This document shows positions 61,066-64,000 of a stretch of DNA of 64,000 nt, one piece after another. Below the pieces are notes generated by a model that was given only the letters and a program-made list of their open reading frames with translations, was not told the origin of the DNA and ran no database searches. The first letter of the stretch is position 1; each line of letters begins with the position of its first letter. The DNA is from an uncultured Gemella sp. (lineage in GTDB: Bacteria; Bacillota; Bacilli; Staphylococcales; Gemellaceae), in NCBI RefSeq assembly GCF_963519265.1, contig NZ_CAUQNQ010000003.1, forward strand, positions 7,642-71,641. Reading direction: 5' to 3'. The position numbers were made by a program, and so were the translations under genes.

Positions 61066-61899
61066 ATGATTACACTTGAAGATATTAATAAAGTTATAGA
61101 GAAAATAAAAAATGATAATACACACGAATGCATCAATATCATGATTGAAGAAAATAATAATCTTGGCATTACAGATAGTAAATTCGGTGGTATTCCGTAT
61201 ATCGCTAACGATTCTAATGTTCCTAAAGATTCTAACGACATGCAGTTGTCTTTACTAGCTCAAATAAATTGTACTGAATTACCGGAGAATAATTTATATC
61301 CTAAAGTGGGATTATTACAATTTTGGATTAGCCGTGATGAGAACTTCGGATTAAATAATAGAGAAGATTATCACGTGAGATACATTAAAGAAACCGAAGA
61401 CGGCATAACAAATGAAGATGTTTTAAATAAGTATACTTTACCAAACGAAGATAACGACGAAGAATATTCACCTTTTAATAAAAAAAATACCTCTTTCGCC
61501 TTAAAATTTAAAAAAGGTATGTCATCTATTACTTCTAATGATTTTCAGTTTGAGGAGGTGACACTACAGACTATTCAAGAATTATTTCCAAATGAAGATG
61601 TCAGAGATTTATACGATGACCTAGAGAGAGAGGTTTTTGATACGTTATTTAAGGCTTTTAACGGGGTTAATCACGCTATCGGCGCTTATCCTACATTTAC
61701 TCAGTGGGATCCTCGAAACCCAGACGAACCAAACGCATACAACATTACTCTCCTACAAGTAGAAAGTCAGTGGAGCAACGACTCTAACGATGCTCAAATC
61801 ATGTGGGGTGACTCTGGTGTTGCTAATTTCTTTATTAACAAAGAAAAATTAGAAAATCTAGACTTTGAAGATGTGTTATTCAACTGGGATTGTTTTTAG
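61066..61899 (+). CDS. YwqG/DUF1963 family protein
   Basis: SKFGGIPY, LLAQIN, GLLQFW, GAYPTFTQWDPR, LLQ, MWGDSGVANFFI, WDC. Confidence 0.88.
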   Translation: MITLEDINKVIEKIKNDNTHECINIMIEENNNLGITDSKFGGIPYIANDSNVPKDSNDMQLSLLAQINCTELPENNLYPKVGLLQFWISRDENFGLNNREDYHVRYIKETEDGITNEDVLNKYTLPNEDNDEEYSPFNKKNTSFALKFKKGMSSITSNDFQFEEVTLQTIQELFPNEDVRDLYDDLEREVFDTLFKAFNGVNHAIGAYPTFTQWDPRNPDEPNAYNITLLQVESQWSNDSNDAQIMWGDSGVANFFINKEKLENLDFEDVLFNWDCF

Positions 61900-61928
61900 T
61901 AAACTAACTAAAGTTCTATGATCAAAAT

Positions 61929-61964
61929 GGACAGAGAGTAATAATTTTACTTTCTGTCCTCTTT
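61929..61964 (+). terminator. Intrinsic terminator after the YwqG-like gene
   Basis: GGACAGAGAGTAA..TTACTTTCTGTCC then T-rich tail. Confidence 0.6.
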
Positions 61965-62005
61965 GTGTGTATTAACTTTATAGCAATCTGAATTTTTTGA
62001 GACTT

Positions 62006-62078
62006 GGAAGTGACTCAAAAATCGTGATTTCGTAGAAACAAGATTTTGTCGAGTTGCTCCCGCACTTGACAAAGAGCC
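62006..62078 (+). repeat. Dispersed repeat head joined to an ISL3-like terminal IR
   Basis: GGAAGTGACTCAAAAATCGTGATTTCGTAGAAA..CCCGCACTTGACAAAGAGCC. Confidence 0.75.
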
Positions 62079-62202
62079 TCTAAAAAAATCCTTATTATGC
62101 ACTTCTATAGAGAATCCACGTCTATAATTAGATTTCTTCTACAAGAAATTGCACCATAAGGATTTTTAATAATATGTATATTCGTTTGTTTTATAGATGT
62201 TT

Positions 62203-63450
62203 TTATTTTACTTTCAAAACTTCCATATAAGCATCTACTGCCTTTTGCCTTGTATATTCATTTGCAAATGTTGAAGATGGATATTCACCTTCTTCTTGAT
62301 ATTTTTTTAACAAAATCACTAATTCTTCAAACGAATTAAAAGTTTTAGTATTCTCACAGATACTTGCATAGTAGCTATGAGCTAAATCAACATTTGAAAG
62401 AAGACAGACTAAGCCTTTCGATGATGCTTCTACTGCAGCATTTGCAAAACATTCACTAAGCGAGCAAGAAATATAACCCTCGTGCTTCTCATAAGGCACC
62501 TCTTTTACAAACCCAGCGAACCTAACGTTTTCTGGTAGATTATCCTTCTTATATCCCTCCGGCAGACTACCATAAATAGTTATCGTACTTTCTGGCGTTC
62601 GTCTAAATGCTTCTATCGCTAGTTCGCATTTTTTTATTATCGTCATATTACCAACAATACACCAATCTTTTACTTTTGTATAAGTTTTGTCCTTAACTTC
62701 TTCTGCATACACTGGCGGCAAAAATCTAACCCGATCACTTCCAAGCCTCTCTTCCAAAATAGGACTCGCAACAATATTCTTACACCAACCTTGCAATACA
62801 AATTTCATAAACGGTGCAAGTATATCATAATGCGTATACGCAAATAATTCTCTTCTAGTATTTTGGAAAAATTTCCTCAACTGAAGTGGATACTCATTAA
62901 TCATATCTATAATAAACTTGTCGTTTGTCGTTGAATTTTCTGCTAAATATTCACTTACAAGTTGCCACTGTGATAATATTTCGTCAGTCTTTCTTACGTG
63001 GTATTGATGATAATTTTCCGAAACATCACCTTCTAAGACTACCCCCTCTTTCCCATAAAGAATAAACTTATGTTCCTTTGGAGCGTATTTATATAATAAT
63101 TGCGAAGTGTAACATTCGATAATTCCATCTTTATAGAAAACAAGACCAACAAAACCTTCTTTAGTATATTCTACTGCCGCAACATTTTCTAATGTTTCCA
63201 CAAATTTTCCATCAACACACGGCTTATCTCTAGCGATGTTAGATTTTTCTAAAATGACATGATAAAAATTCTTAAACCCTAAACTTTCAAGAGTCTCAAC
63301 AAAATTAGGTACAAATTCATCAAAATTCGTAACAACCAATCGGTGCTCTATACCTATCTCTTCGAAAATATCTTGACGTGCCAATTGACTTCTTTCAAAG
63401 CCATAAATACGACAAGGTACTCCTTCTTTTATTGTAAACACTTTAACCAT
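62203..63450 (-). CDS. GT-B glycosyltransferase (GtfA/GT4-like)
   Basis: YGFERSQLARQ, IVGN..KK, SLSECFANAAVEA (EX7E). Confidence 0.75.
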   Translation of the reverse strand: MVKVFTIKEGVPCRIYGFERSQLARQDIFEEIGIEHRLVVTNFDEFVPNFVETLESLGFKNFYHVILEKSNIARDKPCVDGKFVETLENVAAVEYTKEGFVGLVFYKDGIIECYTSQLLYKYAPKEHKFILYGKEGVVLEGDVSENYHQYHVRKTDEILSQWQLVSEYLAENSTTNDKFIIDMINEYPLQLRKFFQNTRRELFAYTHYDILAPFMKFVLQGWCKNIVASPILEERLGSDRVRFLPPVYAEEVKDKTYTKVKDWCIVGNMTIIKKCELAIEAFRRTPESTITIYGSLPEGYKKDNLPENVRFAGFVKEVPYEKHEGYISCSLSECFANAAVEASSKGLVCLLSNVDLAHSYYASICENTKTFNSFEELVILLKKYQEEGEYPSSTFANEYTRQKAVDAYMEVLKVK

Positions 63451-63453
63451 ATT

Positions 63454-64000
63454 CTACTCCAATACATCCTGTAATCTTAACCCTCGACTCCTAGCAAGCC
63501 TACTTCTAAAAAGCATTTCCCTGTCATATTCATCCGATATCTTACAAAATACAGTTACAGTACCTAACACTAAAGCATTATCCTTAGTTACCATACGCGC
63601 CCACAAATGCCAATCTTCAAAACCACAGCTATTAAAATCATATCGTCCAGCCTGTTCATATGCTTCTTTTCTAAAAACAACAGCGGAATGATTGAAAATA
63701 TTTTTATATGCCAACATCAGCCACAACTTTTCTCCTGATAAATTGTTAGAGACACTTCGCCTTATACCCCCAACACAATCTCCTTCTATAACCTTTGAAC
63801 CTATTACATCTAATCTAGGATTCAACTCCAATTCACTAAGAAGAAAGTCAAGATGCCACGGCAACCACTCATTCGTAGCATCTAACCTTGCTATATACTC
63901 CGCAGTCGATAGAAAAATACCAGCATCAAGAGCTTTAAAAATTCCCCCACTCTCAATCTTATGATAATTCACCCTACTATCTTCTAGATATTTTCTGCAA
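63454..64000 (-). CDS. Glycosyltransferase family 2 (3' part; frame open to the window edge)
   Basis: ALDAG..YIARLDA, FNHSAVVFRK, FEDWHLW; frame stays open upstream of 63972. Confidence 0.8.
   Translation of the reverse strand, partial: CRKYLEDSRVNYHKIESGGIFKALDAGIFLSTAEYIARLDATNEWLPWHLDFLLSELELNPRLDVIGSKVIEGDCVGGIRRSVSNNLSGEKLWLMLAYKNIFNHSAVVFRKEAYEQAGRYDFNSCGFEDWHLWARMVTKDNALVLGTVTVFCKISDEYDREMLFRSRLARSRGLRLQDVLE

Overview
AT-rich Firmicute chromosome segment; gene content and style suggest an oral Gemella/Streptococcus-like coccus (inference). Left part (1-18.7 kb): a secreted protein with choline/cell-wall-binding repeats, then a pneumococcal-type phosphorylcholine teichoic-acid locus (tarI-tarJ-licA-licB-licC, divergent tacF-pce, three LicD domains including an O-antigen-ligase/LicD fusion, a GT2, and AATGal-pathway aminotransferase and priming transferase). 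Middle (19-24.4 kb): a P1B ATPase and three housekeeping genes. Accessory/defence hotspot (24.4-37.8 kb): a 51-bp hairpin tandem array, two paralogous helix-hairpin-helix proteins, an unannotated tandem array of par/Fst-architecture type I toxin-antitoxin modules with co-varying antisense RNAs, an internally deleted ISL3 element, a five-gene KilA-N / N6-MTase / GHKL-ATPase-histidine kinase / receiver / HNH operon bracketed by a 66-bp direct repeat, and a BcgI-like restriction pseudogene that ends at that repeat. Right part (37.8-58.7 kb): a complete Wzx/Wzy polysaccharide locus (wzg-wzh-wzd-wze-wchA-wchF-GTs-Stealth-Galf transferase-wzy-glf-wzx-rmlACBD) with an AlbA_2/Schlafen-like gene inserted between rmlC and rmlB. 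A dispersed MITE-like repeat family occurs about 9 times. No rRNA, tRNA or CRISPR array was recognised. All family assignments are from motif recognition, not database searches.
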